A stretch of 57,345 nucleotides of DNA, counting the filler, from Sphacelaria rigidula (lineage: Eukaryota): NCBI GenBank assembly GCA_964200075.2. It is 6 parts of 6 records of this genome, joined end to end, with 100 filler letters (N's around TTAATTAATTAA, not from the genome) between each part and the next. Parts side by side here need not be neighbours in the genome. Positions count along the whole stretch, not along the records: positions 1 to 9,475 come from CAXNAA020008405.1; positions 9,576 to 19,050 come from CAXNAA020008406.1; 4 more parts are not named here. One strand, written 5' to 3'. A program made the position numbers and the translations under genes. Every line of letters starts with the position of its first letter. Within the stretch, counting starts at the first letter, position 1. The notes beneath the pieces were generated by a model. It was not told the origin of the DNA. It made no database searches and was given only the letters and a program-made list of their open reading frames with translations. Of the stretch, positions 1 through 12,060 are shown one piece after another.

Positions 1-1276
1 TAATGTGTGTACATGGTCCACGCAATTACGGTTTGATCTAAAACCTGCTCGCATCTCGCTGATTTTTTCCCCTCTTCTCTAGCATCGCTCCCACTCCATC
101 GTTCAGGATCTTACAGAACGTCTCCTACGATGCTCTGTAGCGTTATCCCTCCAAAATTCCCTGAGTCACCTCTGTCTCCCTTCTTGAAAATGTTTACTAC
201 TACCCCTTCTCTCCACCTCTTGGGTGTGTACTCGTTTTCCCATATCCAACTATGGTCATAACCATCAGGCAGTGGCTGGCACCTCGAGCAGCAGCACAGA
301 CAAGTACCTCTCTGCAGGTGCCGGCCTCAGATGGCCCAGAAATACAGTCCAATTTTTTTCCCGTACATCACTTACGTCCCCATAATTAAAGCGAGCCAAC
401 CCGCTGCACGACTGTACAATACTCTGTACTGTCGGACCATCATGGCAACCATTCCCTCTTCCCCGTGCTTGAGGAATCCACTCACTATTTCGTCTGCCCC
501 TGATAATACTCTGGTCTCGAGTTTAGCGAAACACTCCTTTACTTCATTCATCCCTTGTGAACTCTCTCTGCAATCCTTTGGAGCCAGTATCTTCCTGCTT
601 TGCTGCCTTTACACTTGCCTCTGCCCACGCATTCATTTCTTCCTCGAATTCCTTGTCAAATCTCTCGTGAAGTTTTGGCGCTCCTAGTTTACTGCAGTGC
701 TCTACTTGTACTGCTCTGCTCCCCTTCGACCTACTGACCATTTTGCCGTTCTGAGCCCTTAGGCTAGCTATTCCCTTGTCTATCTTTCCTGTCTGGTTTC
801 CCGTTATGCCTTTTATCCCTACCCACATTTGCTTCATCCCGTCATCGCAATCTTCATTTATTGCTTCACGACACCTGGTCACATCCCCTTTTTATCTCAT
901 TTACCACCCGCTTCACCTATTTCGAGCTTTAGCACGGTCCTCTCATCCTACCGTAGGTTTAGTCGATATATACCTTGCGCGTGCCTCTCTCCTTACTCGT
1001 ATAGCCTCTTTCATTTTCTTATCCTACAATTTAACTGCTCTGTTTCATACCATCAGTTTCTTCTCTTTGACCTTTCTTGCTCTGCTCTTGATCTATTGCA
1101 CCCATCCTTCTATGAGCCTGGCTCCTGCCCGATCCCCTTCCATTCCGGTATTAACTGTACCTTTGCTTTTCAATAGTTTGGAATTTTTTACTGCACTTTC
1201 TGTCATGTCTTCTTGAAACTCTTGCTGTTTTTCTTCTGTTTCTAACTTATCCATTCTCCATTTTCACAACTTCCTA
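1..1276 (-). mobile_element. Decayed non-LTR retrotransposon (LINE) ORF2: EN-RT linker and N-terminal reverse transcriptase; interrupted by an insertion at 268-435
   Basis: Minus-strand translation gives GADEIVSGFLKHGEEGMVAMMV..WIWENEYTPKRWREGVVVNIFKKGDRGDSGNFGGITL..FCKILND..AGFRSNRNCVDHVHTL. This is the typical non-LTR RT start (LFKKGD..NYRGITL; GFR..R...DH). Frameshifts and stops are present. Confidence 0.9.
268..435. mobile_element. 168-bp insertion in the LINE with 7-bp direct repeat ACCATCA
   Basis: ACCATCA occurs at 261-267 and 436-442. Removing the insert rejoins the RT reading (..AMMV / ..SWIWE). Confidence 0.7.
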
Positions 1277-2468
1277 CAGCCCAGTAACGGATTGAAGTTC
1301 TCAAAGCAATATCTCATCGACACAGACGAGTTGGTCTATTATCCTCATATCGTATAAATCGCCTAATTGAGGGGAAGGTGCCCACTTGCTCAAAAGTCTG
1401 GGCCAATATTTTCTCGTTGCTTGAACCCCATGTCTAGTAGGTCCTACACCTAACGAGGATAGCGTCCATACCAAAACCTATGTGTCACCCCCGATCGATA
1501 CAGTCAGCGGGTGACAACGATTTACGGTGTGGACATTCCCTGGAGCACGAGGAGACGAGAGATACCCTCAGCTCCACCTAATTCGCGATATATCTCAAGA
1601 TATGGCGCACATACGTTTCCATACTAAAATCAATATATTACGAGCAGAGGTACTAGATGAACCAAGTTTGGTAATCGCGTCTTAGTTTTTGAGGGTTATG
1701 CTATGAAATTTCGTATGGAGACCCGATGGTGCATCACATAGCTAAAAAACAGCTTCTTCATTTTTTCGTTTTCTCCTCTTTTCCCCGCTTTTAGGGCAGG
1801 TTTGAGGAGGGATGAACACTGCTCTTGGGCCCCATCTCAATTTTGTCGCTCAATTTTTAGAATTGTCATTTGAAACTCAGCATAAAGAACGACAGAGGTA
1901 CGCTGAACAAAAAAGAAAATGGGCCCTCATTTTATTTCATTTTGGAGAGGTTCGGGCGTTCTCGTAAGAAAACGGTCGTTTCCATTCTAAGACGCCCTAA
2001 ACCAGTGAAAATAAATGGATGAAACATAAGCCTGACCCACTTTGTTTTGTTAATTATGCCCTAGCGAGAGGCCACACAAAATTTCAATACACAAAAACCA
2101 AACGTCGGCCGGTGAGTGGTCTGCGAAATACTGTTCGGGATTTCTACCAACCCCGTCACTAAACGGTCCATTAGCTAGCCACGATTTAGAGCTGCACACT
2201 AAATTTGGTATGGACAATGCATAGGGCATAATAAAACAAATTACCGGTGAACACAGTTTTTTTTCCCATGAGCTGAGGGCAACAATCCAGTTTTAGATAT
2301 CAGGACAATGCCCTTAACTCATAAAAACCAAACAAAAACCCTTGTGTGCACCGTTATTCGTTATCATGCCCTATTCATTGTCCATTCCACATTTGAAAAT
2401 CCAACTCTAAATAGTGGCGGCTAATAGGCCTGCAAACAATAAATTCGCTTCTCGGCTGGCCCAGCTCG
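1277..2468. mobile_element. ~1.19-kb non-coding insertion into the LINE at a duplicated TA; contains a foldback
   Basis: TA at 1275-1276 and 2469-2470. Excision restores TTCCTACTCCACCTAT, read on the minus strand as ..NRWSRKL.. just after the endonuclease TDH motif. No clear TIR. Confidence 0.7.
2170..2425. repeat. Imperfect ~255-bp inverted repeat (foldback)
   Basis: ATTAGCTAGCCACGATTTAGAG..TGGACAATGCATAGGGCAT.. pairs with ..ATGCCCTATTCATTGTCCA..CTCTAAATAGTGGCGGCTAAT. The inner ATGAGCTGAGGGCA pairs with TGCCCTTAACTCAT. Confidence 0.85.
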
Positions 2469-3300
2469 TACTCCACCTATTTCGTTTAGCTCTCGCCCGT
2501 TGGCTGTCTGTGCATAGTAGGCAATGATCTGTAGGTCCCATGTCTTCTGCGCATACATGTGCTTCTACTCCCTTGTTGCTTCCGTACTCTTCCGCTGTAT
2601 AGTCAAGAACGAATCGTTTCTTTCTCGTCTCTGCATTTCCTAGTCCGTGTCCATTGCGCCTCAGGCTTTTGTCCTCTGTTATTCAGCGTCTTCATCTCGT
2701 GATTCTCAAGGAACTTCATCATCTCTACCCCTTTCGTGTTCTTATTTTCCCCTTGTTACCCAATGATATCATCCGGTTCACTTGCCTCTTCAACCCTTGC
2801 GCTGAAATCTCCCACTAACATTACTTCTCCTTGGCTCTTGTATTTCTGTACATCTGCCGCTAAAATATCTCTCCAAACTTCATCTGTGTATCGCTTGTTA
2901 TATTCTTCGACCCTGGAGCATATAGATGCTCCCTACGAAAAAGTATGTTTTCCCCCGCTCTCCTTGTACCCTCATCCGCATGCTCTCGTCGGATATGATA
3001 TCGTCGATTTTGGTGTCCTTGATCACTGCTATGGTGTCACATAGGTATCCCTTGACTAAAACTCATATTCCCCCTACTCCCCTGTTCCTGGGTTTCTGTC
3101 CCTTCCGCGTTTCCCCCACCCATGCGTACTCTCGAACATTGCATTCCGTTTCCGCCTTTCCTTCCTCCCATGATTCTTGGATCCCCGCAATATTTATGTC
3201 ACGCTCACTTACGTGTTCGGCGATCTCCGTTCTTCTGAGATCGTCCACGACAAACCCACACACGTTTCACGTTCCTACCCTCAGCTTCCTTTTCGAAACA
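2469..3300 (-). mobile_element. Decayed LINE APE-type endonuclease domain (same element as 1-1276); purine-rich 5' part probably extends to ~3830
   Basis: KLRVGT*NVCGF..IAGIQESWE..GEVMLVGDFSARV..QWTR..ILDY..TDHCLL matches the APE motifs (WNV, QE, GDFNA, IDY, SDH). Confidence 0.9.
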
Positions 3301-3949
3301 TCACGCACTCTCCCTTCGTCTATTGCTCTCTGTCGTTTTTGCTTCCAAATTTTCCCTTGCTTGATGTTTCTTCCTGTTTCCGGCTTAGTGCTGTCAGCTT
3401 GCTTTGGACGCTAATTCCCCCCTCTGGCCCTTCCGAAAAATCACTAGTTCCTGCTTCTCCTTTCCCCCGTTTACCAGCGGACTACGTCTCACGTGTCTTG
3501 TTCCATTGGCTATGCATATTCTCCATCCTACCCTTACATCCCATACCAACACCTTACCTGTCTCTATCATTTCCCACTCCTTGCTCGCGCTCTGTTTCAG
3601 CGTGTCTCGGAAGTGCTCTCCCTCCCTTTCTACTTTTCCCACTGCCAACTAGTATAGTCCTACTTCGTCGCATTTCCCTTCCAACTCTATTCTCGTCATA
3701 TCGTTACGGACTCCAAATACCAGAACTACTAGTACCTTACCCGCCCACTCTTGACTTCTCCACCCACCCTTCCTCACCGACACTCTCTCTCTTTCGATCT
3801 TTTTCGAGAGTATCTCCCGCTGGGTTGTTTTGAGTATTGCGGCGGGATACAGTCAATGTACTGAGATATCCCAATCCTAGTACTTGTTGGGGGTCTGGTG
3901 CCTTGCAGTTATTGCACGGGCTCGCCGACACTCGAAAATGCCTCCAACA

Positions 3950-4690
3950 CGGGTTCGTAGCCTGAAGTCAAGTTCAACATCATTGACACAAGTACGTCAC
4001 GATTGTGCCAGGTGGTCTGCATGGTATATTATTCAGGCGTCCCATGATCGTATCTTTCATCTTCTCGCCCCATTGCTGTACTGGTTACTTTCCTCCAGGA
4101 GGGTCATTTCCACCGTGTAAGGCTCAAGGACGACTTGCAAACACAAGGGTCTTACTCACACATCGGTATGTTCCGTACATCATCACTTCCTCCCACTCCG
4201 TGTACGGTTCACCATAGGTCGCTACTCCACACATGCTCCCGAGTAGACCTTCGCTGCCGAAAGCTTTGGTCAACGATTCCCTCACACTTTGTACTCGCTT
4301 CCATCCTTCAAGATTTCAATATCTTACGCACTGCTTGGTGCTCCTCATCGTTGGTTATGCGGTCGGTCATTGGTAAGCTGTTTGTTTCATGAGTGAATGA
4401 AGTCTTGACCTCTATGCCATGCATTGTCCACTCATTTCCTTCCTTTGACGCCTGTGCACTCATTGTCGGGAATTTAAGGAAAATGTCTGACCATATTTCC
4501 ATCGTCCACTGGAAATCGGTAACGTTTCGCGGGTATCTCACCACGACACCGAACCTTAATGTGAAATTCACGTGTCGGGGTGAGCCTATGCTATATTTAC
4601 TCGTTATGTTCTGTATTTTCGATTTTCTTGTAAGATGATCAACGATGACGCTATTTCTTACATGTCTGGGTCTTGGTTTCGTTTCCATGT
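3950..4690 (-). pseudogene. Degenerate coding-like segment of unknown family
   Basis: The 126-aa ORF 4308-4688 continues after one frameshift as ..EGWKRVQSVRESLTKAFGSEGLLGSMCGVATYGEPYTEWEEVMMYGTYR... It has protein-like composition but no motif I recognise. Confidence 0.3.
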
Positions 4691-4754
4691 CTTACTTTTG
4701 TTATGATATGGGGGAAATAATCTCGATTGTTCTCCGCTTCGATATGGGGAAACA

Positions 4755-5050
4755 GAAACGGTCTTCTCTCGCTGTTTCATTTCTATATCCGGTTTGTGTT
4801 CTGGTTAAATACAAAATAGAAATGATTGGCTTCCTTATTCTATGTCCACGTGCGGACTGTGTTTTGGTAGGCTGAAGAAAAAATGGTTAGCTTCGTTACT
4901 TCATTTCTATGTCCGGTCTGTGTTGTGAATAGTGGGAACAAAGGGATGGTTAGCTTCGATATTTCATGTCTCTGTCCGGGCTGTGTTATGGTAGGTTTTT
5001 TAGAAAAAAGTGGTTAGCTTCCCCATTCCATATCTATATCCGGCCTTTGG
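4755..5050. repeat. Degenerate tandem repeat, ~60-65-bp unit, about 5 copies
   Basis: Recurrent ATGGTTAGCTTC...TTCAT.TCTAT.TCCGG.CTGTGTT.TGGTAG. Confidence 0.75.
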
Positions 5051-5453
5051 CATGATAGATTCAAGAGGGAGAAAAATTAGCTTCGGTATTTGACCCACAC
5101 AGGGAGACGCTGTCAGTTGCGCGGGTGGTTTGTTGCTTAGAAACTACGCTGACAGATAATTGTAGCGTGTGATTATCGTTGCTCACGAGTGTGGGGTGGC
5201 AGCAAGTAGGTTCCTTTACCATAACATCTTTTTTCGAGGGTAATCGCTGCTGCATAAATTGAAAAGAAGAAATTTTCGAGGGAAATAGAGTGTGACACCC
5301 CTCCTCTCCTGTAAAACATCCACTCGATCAACTGCTTCTAATTCAAAGTGTGTGCTGGGGTGTAGTGTTGGTATGTTCTGTTTGTGTTCGTCCGGATGGA
5401 CTGGCACCAACACACTGCAAATGGCAATACCCACGACCTTGAAAGTGCCGGCA

Positions 5454-5612
5454 TCACCTGTGCCTACGGGCGTGCATCGCCATCTTCATCATGGTGTGCA
5501 GCTGGCTGTTCTCTTCCCGGGCTCGTGCAAGATCATCATCCAGTTGCCCCGTCTTGGCCTCATGCTGCTGCTGCCTGCTCGACAAAACCTCCTGCAGCTC
5601 TCGCTCGCTCGC
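5454..5612 (-). CDS. Probable terminal exon of a coiled-coil protein (ASERELQEVLSSRQQQHEAKTGQLDDDLARAREENSQLHTMMKMAMHARRHR*)
   Basis: CAG acceptor at 5615-5613; phase 0 matches the upstream exon; heptad-like composition; TGA at 5456-5454. Confidence 0.7.
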   Translation of the reverse strand, partial: ASERELQEVLSSRQQQHEAKTGQLDDDLARAREENSQLHTMMKMAMHARRHR

Positions 5613-6304
5613 CTGTCATGTAGGACCAGTATCGCAGCCAAAGAAAATATACCCAATTTCATGAGAAGAGAGAGAGCGTACTCCTAGCACTGCATCAAAA
5701 CTAAAATAAACGGAAAATGACTCAAGCGAGAGGAAATGGAAATCCTGGAAAACAGCGATCGCGAACATTGAACACAAGCACTGCATGCATCGGCTGTGGG
5801 AAAATCATTGAGGATCAGATCACGCAGATACGAGATGGCAGGATGGAATTACGTTTTCAATGGCTCCGCCAGAGACTGATGTACATTGAAATGAACACAA
5901 AGCCATAACACAAAAATATGAACGTCTGACTCATGCCCAATCACATGCTACACATTGAATATTCATGTTTGATCGTTCACTCATACGCGTCAAAGTCTGC
6001 GGCTACTCCATGCTTGCACGTCTTTGGCCTGCGGTGCAACGTACTGCGTGATGCATGTTTCCGTTGAAACTGCACAACATACCCCAAAACAAACAGTAGC
6101 ATGATCGGGGGAGTCCCCAAACACACGTGGGGAGCAAAGCGATCGCGACAACAAACATCAACATTGTGGACTGCAAGCGTGGCGCTCTACATCGTACAAT
6201 CGTAGACACTTTTGCGTCGAGACACTATGAAGGAAAAAGTTATTACTGTTTATCAAAAGACAAGATGATTCAAGGCGATCGATTCAAGGCGCAACCTCAC
6301 TCAC

Positions 6305-6574
6305 GGCCAAAGCTTCGTTTTTCCTACGCTCGCATGCCAACTCCTCCCGCAGTTCGGCGCTCGCTCTTCTACGTTCGTCGATCTTCCTCCTGAGATCTTC
6401 CCGTTCCCTTTCAACGGCACCCTGTAGTGATATGCAGGTTTCCGCCAACGCGGTCGCTGCTGTCGCCACGTACTCGAGCGTACTACTGCTGCATGCATAA
6501 GAGTCGCTGTCAGTCGTGGAGCCACTTGTGCAGTCGCTCGTACTGTCGCACTCGGTTCTCCTCACGCTCTCAAC
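6305..6574 (-). CDS. Internal exon of the same coiled-coil protein (VESVRRTECD..LQGAVEREREDLRRKIDERRRASAELREELACERRKNEALA)
   Basis: CCCAG acceptor at 6577-6575 and GTGAGT donor at 6304; 270 bp, phase 0/0. An alternative in-frame acceptor lies at 6424-6422. Confidence 0.7.
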
Positions 6575-7197
6575 CTGGGACATCAAAATCAAGCAAATTG
6601 TCGACACCATACAGGGGCGAGGGGAAACCAAATCAAGCACGGAGTATATACGTGGCGCGACATCTGGAACACACGCCTTGCACTCAACTGGTCGGGGCGT
6701 GCTGGCAAACCCGTGTACGCGAATTGAGGACCGTTACGACGTGGAGCCCGGCGGAAGCAGAAGCAGGCCTGCTCTGCACTATTACTCCGCGATATACATA
6801 TCTCTGTCCAGCTAGACATTCCAAATAACTGCGGGGTCGGCGAACACCATCCCACCCACTTGCCTCGGCTTTTTGTGCACTACGCATACAGACGTGAGTG
6901 TCGCTGTGTGAGGAGCACGGACCAAAATCCGTAAAAAGCAAGCCATATCCACATCGTGCTGCGCACTGACAATATCTGCTGATACAGTGAGTCTGGCGCG
7001 AATATTCATGAGGAATATCTTGTCCCTGACATTCCTCGAATGTAAATTTACACACACAACCATACATGTAATTTTTGCCAGTGATCTGTTGCGACCCCAA
7101 TCACGAGCTCACGTTGGGATAGTGCCACATGCGGAATGATATTTTGGGGATCCGGATCGCAACATTATTCGATCCGGCCTCCACGGTTCAAGCTTGC

Positions 7198-7518
7198 CTG
7201 ATTTGCGTTCAGTTCGCAAAGCGATTTCCGCGGTAGCGGCTCCTCGTCGCCGAAGATCTTTAACCACTCGGCCTCGAAATCCCGTACCTCTTCACCCGCC
7301 TCCGTCACCTCGACTTCCTCCAAGTCAAAGGTCATCCCAGTAAGATCCTTCAACCTCTCGTCCAAACTCTTTCCCTCTTTTCCCGAGTCCTTCGCCGGGA
7401 CATTTCCACTGTCACAGGAACTCCTCTCCATCTCATTCCCCTCATCCTTTGCCTGGACACTCATGTCGTCAAGAATACTCCTCCGCGAGCCATCCCAGTA
7501 CTCCCCAACGCCGATCAT
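7198..7518 (-). CDS. Acidic upstream exon of the same gene (MIGVGEYWDG..DLEEVEVTEAGEEVRDFEAEWLKIFGDEEPLPRKSLCELNANQ); 5' boundary uncertain
   Basis: Part of ORF 7165-7725 with strongly protein-like composition. It ends at a CAG|GCAAGC putative GC donor in phase 0, compatible with the 6574 exon. Confidence 0.55.
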
Positions 7519-9475
7519 TTGGAACTTTAGCACATAGGCACCCCGGTGAGGCGAAGGAGAACACGATGGAGAATGAAAGAGACAGCGCGAAATAATATTA
7601 GCATTGCGGACTGCCTCAGAGCCTGCATGTTTGGAATCATCCAGAAGCAGTTTATTGCCGGAGAAGGTCGTTTTCAGCAATTTTGCCAAGCACCCAACTG
7701 CATGGCACACTCCACTCCACCCCATGACTTTGCGACATCAATGCTGAGCAGCGGATTAACGGATGACGGAGCGAAATGAAGAGCCCCCTCCTTGCACACC
7801 ATCCTTTTCGCAACGACTGAGTATACTGCCCGGCAGGTTAAAACAGCAAGACAGCGTAGGCCCAATACATGCATGTAGCACTGCAGGCGGCATCACACAA
7901 TATTAACTGGCGGAAAATGTAGATACATACAGCTAGTCACTTGGAGTGAGGACAGCAACGGTGCCCACAACTTCGTTGCTTCATCATTCCAAGAGATTCG
8001 TAGCTCTGCAATCATATCATGGGTAACGACAGTCTTGTGAAAAACAAACGCTCAGTGCGAGCGCCGGTATCTTGCAAACGAAACGTTCGACACAAACCAC
8101 ACCGCCAGCACAAACTTCCCAAGGCTCTTCACGTGACCGGCGTTACACGTGCCTTTTGGACGTGTGCATGTTCCTGAACGGGTTCACAGATGCTCATGTG
8201 AGATCTTCATATTTTCGACCAGTTCAAGAATGGTCGTATTCTTGCCGTCCGGCTCAAAATAAGTTACATGAAAGTTGTGCCCGGGTTAGAGGTGCTCACG
8301 GGAGAGTTCCACTATCGCCGTCCGGTTCAGAGATGGCTGCGTGAGGGCTCGAGTCTTGAAAAATATCGGCCACAGCACTAGGGTGCAGATAGGGCATCCG
8401 ACTAAAGAAGCTTGTTTTGCTTTGGGTATAAAAGCCACAAATTGGATTGCTGCCTTGGCGTGTTCGTGTGCGTGAGTGCAGTGCTTACTCCGCAAGTTGG
8501 AGGTGAAAAAAAGAATCACGCTTAACTACCTGCTCTCGCCCACAACCTCAGGCGAAGTTCCTGAGATTAGAGTGAACTTAAGAAATATTCGTGCTCTTCG
8601 GCACAAGACTAGATTGTGTCAAGTCTGAAAGTTCTATCGACGATATTATCTACTGCACCTGCGCTTTCAAGAAAAGAGATGGACGCTGCAGCTACAGTGT
8701 TTGTACACGACGACAGGCTAATGTATCGGCAACTGTGCCCAATGCCCATGTTGCTCAGTAGCCTCGTGTTTGTTCCTCTGTAACACTGTCGATCATGTCG
8801 CTATTACAAAATTTATTGCAAATGTTGAAATAGATGCCGGCGCCCATTTTTGAATCGCAGAAGAAAAACATAACTGTACACCAAGCATTGGCATTTCTAC
8901 CCTCTCGTCATTTTCCCAGACAAACGTTATTGTGAACCCACCAACTTCTCGCTCACGAGACTGTGATTTGAACCCTGGTCGCAACACCACTCTCGTACTC
9001 GAACCTTATGGATATAATGAAGAAGGGATTACAAGAGCGCGGCTTACGCTGGCCAGTAGCCACGTCTCTTGTCATGATACTGCGCTGACTGTACCATACC
9101 ATACCATACCAAACCGTGCCTGCACGCTAGTATTGACGTTATTTTGTCGTCACATCGTCACCTTGAGTTCCACTTACAGATGAGCACCTCAAGTCTCTAG
9201 AGAGGTGGAAAAACAGCTCCACAGTCCAAAAGGATGCCCGCAACTTGACCACGATACACTTTGCCGGGCGAGCTCAAAAAGACGCAATGTACCAAGATAC
9301 CACGGTTAGGACGAATAATCACGACTACGAATCACCAAATCCATGATTTCTTTGGCCTGATTGCCCAAAAGGGAGAGACAAGTTGATCGCTGGTCCAAGG
9401 TCTATCTACGCAACCTTTGCGCCATTCCACGTGTCTGGGCTGCGTGTACCTGCGTTGCAACGCTGAAAACAAAGC

Positions 9476-9575
9476 NNNNNNNNNNNNNNNNNNNNNNNNN
9501 NNNNNNNNNNNNNNNNNNNTTAATTAATTAANNNNNNNNNNNNNNNNNNNNNNNNNNNNNNNNNNNNNNNNNNNN
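9476..9575. other. Artificial 100-bp contig linker
   Basis: N-run, TTAATTAATTAA (stops in all six frames), N-run. Confidence 0.99.
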
Positions 9576-9800
9576 TGGCTATACTAGGAGATGGATGGTG
9601 GTCACAGACGGCGAAACAGGACCGGGATAGGATATGCAAGAGGTTCTTGTGTGATGTATGGAAGAAACGTAATGAGCGCCAAAATGTTGGAGGTGTCTCT
9701 ATTATGAGTAGGAACGGTGCTCCGTCTCGAAAGGGATGCGTGGTCAATGGTCAAACGACTAAGGCAAACAACAAATGAGTACCCCCCCGCCCCTGCCCCC
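9576..9800 (+). mobile_element. LINE ORF2 3' end
   Basis: AILGDGWWSQTAKQDRDRICKRFLCDVWKKRNERQNVGG..APSRKGCVVNGQ; homologous to 17500-17575 plus 18249-18366. Confidence 0.75.
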
Positions 9801-11464
9801 TCCCGGTCCCTGCTCCATCGAGATTTTGCACCCGTCCTGACAAGGGGGTCCATCCACTCATCTTCCCTTTTGTGCTGTGCATTCGTTCTTCATGTCCTTG
9901 TGTTTGGTACCCCTGTAGGCCAAGTCACAAGAGCCAAACGTGAGCGGTGGCGATGCCCCCCTCGCCGACAAGTTCGAGATCCCCACCAACACTCAGGTCG
10001 GTAAATCTTCTCTTCTCCATCAGGCATCTAAAGGAATCACACCCTGAACAACAGATTATACAGTGTCGAAAAGTGTTCTGCGTACAGTGTCGACTGATGC
10101 GTACATTGCAATAGATCGTAGATTCCATACTGTACGCAGTGAACGTTTTGACAAATGAAATCTCTTGTCCAGGGTGTGAAGGAAGCGAGTTCGTGCCATA
10201 GTACGACTATGCGAAGTGACGCTTGAATCGTTTCATCAACCCGAAAATGGTGAAACGTTCGACAGTCTGTGTGTGTGTTTGGACTCTTGTCTCGAGGTAT
10301 TCATCATTGTAGTGTTCTCCGGAGCGTTTATGGTGTTACTGTTGTTCTTGATCCCTCGAAGTACTGAACAATAAAGAAATCTTCTAGATGAAAATAACAT
10401 GAAACGAACTGAGTAACTTCAAATGATTTGTCACTATATGTGCACATCGCTGTACCGCACCATGTTTCTGTCTCCCCTCCCATCGCAGACATCTATTAGA
10501 CTACTAGGCGGCCGAATTTTCCGGTGCGTTCGTTTTCCGGTCTTACGGCGTCCCTTATCATCCGTGCCATGCCAGTTGCTCCTCTCTTGCTCGTGGGTTT
10601 GTCTTCTTCTGTTTGTTTTTTTGCACCGTGCCCCTCGAAAATACCTTTTTCGTGAACACTGTTACGGGTAGGAAGGGAGGCCGATTTTGGATACCATGTT
10701 CATGGAAGGTGCAACCTGAACGCTACATGCGTCAGAAGTGGCCCGTAATCCAACGAATCATATCGATGTAAAATACACGCGTCACCTACAAATGACGAGT
10801 TGGCTCATAAGAAATGAACTATATTTCTAGTACATTTATTCAAGCGTGGGAGTGGATGGTGTTGAGGTGGTTTTGTTCCTCCGGAAAGCTCGCTCCACAT
10901 CAGTAGATAGATATTTTTGTTGCACTAGCTAGTGTCCTGCTTCTGTCTGTACCAGCCGGGAAGCACACATCCCCGAGCTTCCACCCCACCTTTACCGTCA
11001 TTGCGAAGACAACAAAACAAGAGCACGAACAGCAGCTGTTGTGGCCGCTACACACCAACGTAGCTGCAGTGAAAGGCGTGCCTGACATGGTGCTAGAACG
11101 AGAAAGTACGGAAATTTGGAGATCATGAGCAGCAGCGTCGCGCATCCGAAAACTCCTGAGAACGAGGTTGATGATGTTGATGATCAAGAGGTTCATGCTG
11201 TGCGGATTGGCTACGCGCTGCATAACCTACACACAGCTATGACTACGGGATTGGAGAGTGGATTTTTCATGGGCCCCATGAGGTCAGGGTCATGGCATGA
11301 GTGGAAGGAATCCCATCTTATCAGTCGCTTGGGCACGGTCTGGTTCTCTCTGTCCAGATCAACACCTTCAACGTCAATTTTCTCTATTTTCAGTATGTAC
11401 AGGCAGTCACTTGAAACATCGTGGCTCTGCCGCCCTAGGCATACATGGTGCGCAGTCTGAAATC

Positions 11465-12060
11465 AAAATCACTCTTCGCGCCTTGACTTCTCCGCTGGAA
11501 CCCTCAGACACAACAGCCGAAGTTCATGTGTGACCTCGCTCTCTGCAACTCAAAGCATGAAGGGTACTCGCTGTTGAAAGGCGAAGTTGCCCTTCGTGCA
11601 AAGCCGTACAGAACAAAGCAGCACCTGGTGGCATGCCATAAAGTGAAATGGCATCCGTCACACACTCCTCGCCGCGAGAAAAAATTACACGCAGCCCAAA
11701 AGGGGGCTTGTCAAACATCGAATAGTTTGCATATCATTATGATACTATTAATAGTATATACAGACAGTTACTAAATAAATGACCGCGGTCACCAGCAGAT
11801 GTAACGCACACACTCGTACTAAAATCACTCTCGACGCCTCGGCTTCTGCACTGGAGCCCTGACATGAAGCAGCCGCCAGCTTTATCTTTCTTCTGTCAAC
11901 TCTCCCTCTGTATTTCAACACTTCAAAGGATATTCGTCGTTGAAAGGCGAATTTGCCCTTTGTGCACAGCCGCACAGAACAAAGCAGCGCCTGCGGGCAT
12001 GCAACCCAACTGCATGTTGTCATAACTTGCTTGCTGCAGGAAAAGTAGTATGCGCACCGA
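11465..12060. repeat. Diverged local direct duplication (~11465-11695 vs ~11821-12056)
   Basis: Shared AAAATCACTCT..GCC.(T/C)..CTTCT and GTTGAAAGGCGAA.TTGCCCTT.GTGCA.AGCCG.ACAGAACAAAGCAGC.CCTG..GGCATGC. Confidence 0.8.

Noticed and set aside
1273..2535. CCTACAG..CTGTAGG as TIRs of the insertion
   Set aside because: The right copy lies inside LINE endonuclease coding sequence (PTDH); the true boundary is the TA at 2469.
3177..3833. 218-aa plus-strand ORF (and other plus-strand ORFs at 331-1216)
   Set aside because: Antisense shadows of the purine-rich LINE strand.
8930..9010. B-box-like GGTTCAAATC on the minus strand
   Set aside because: No properly spaced A box or cloverleaf.
10940..11283. 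Coding-like block (..TPENEVDDVDDQEVHAVRIGYALHNLH..)
   Set aside because: In-frame stop upstream, no clear acceptor and no recognisable motif; cannot be supported as an exon.
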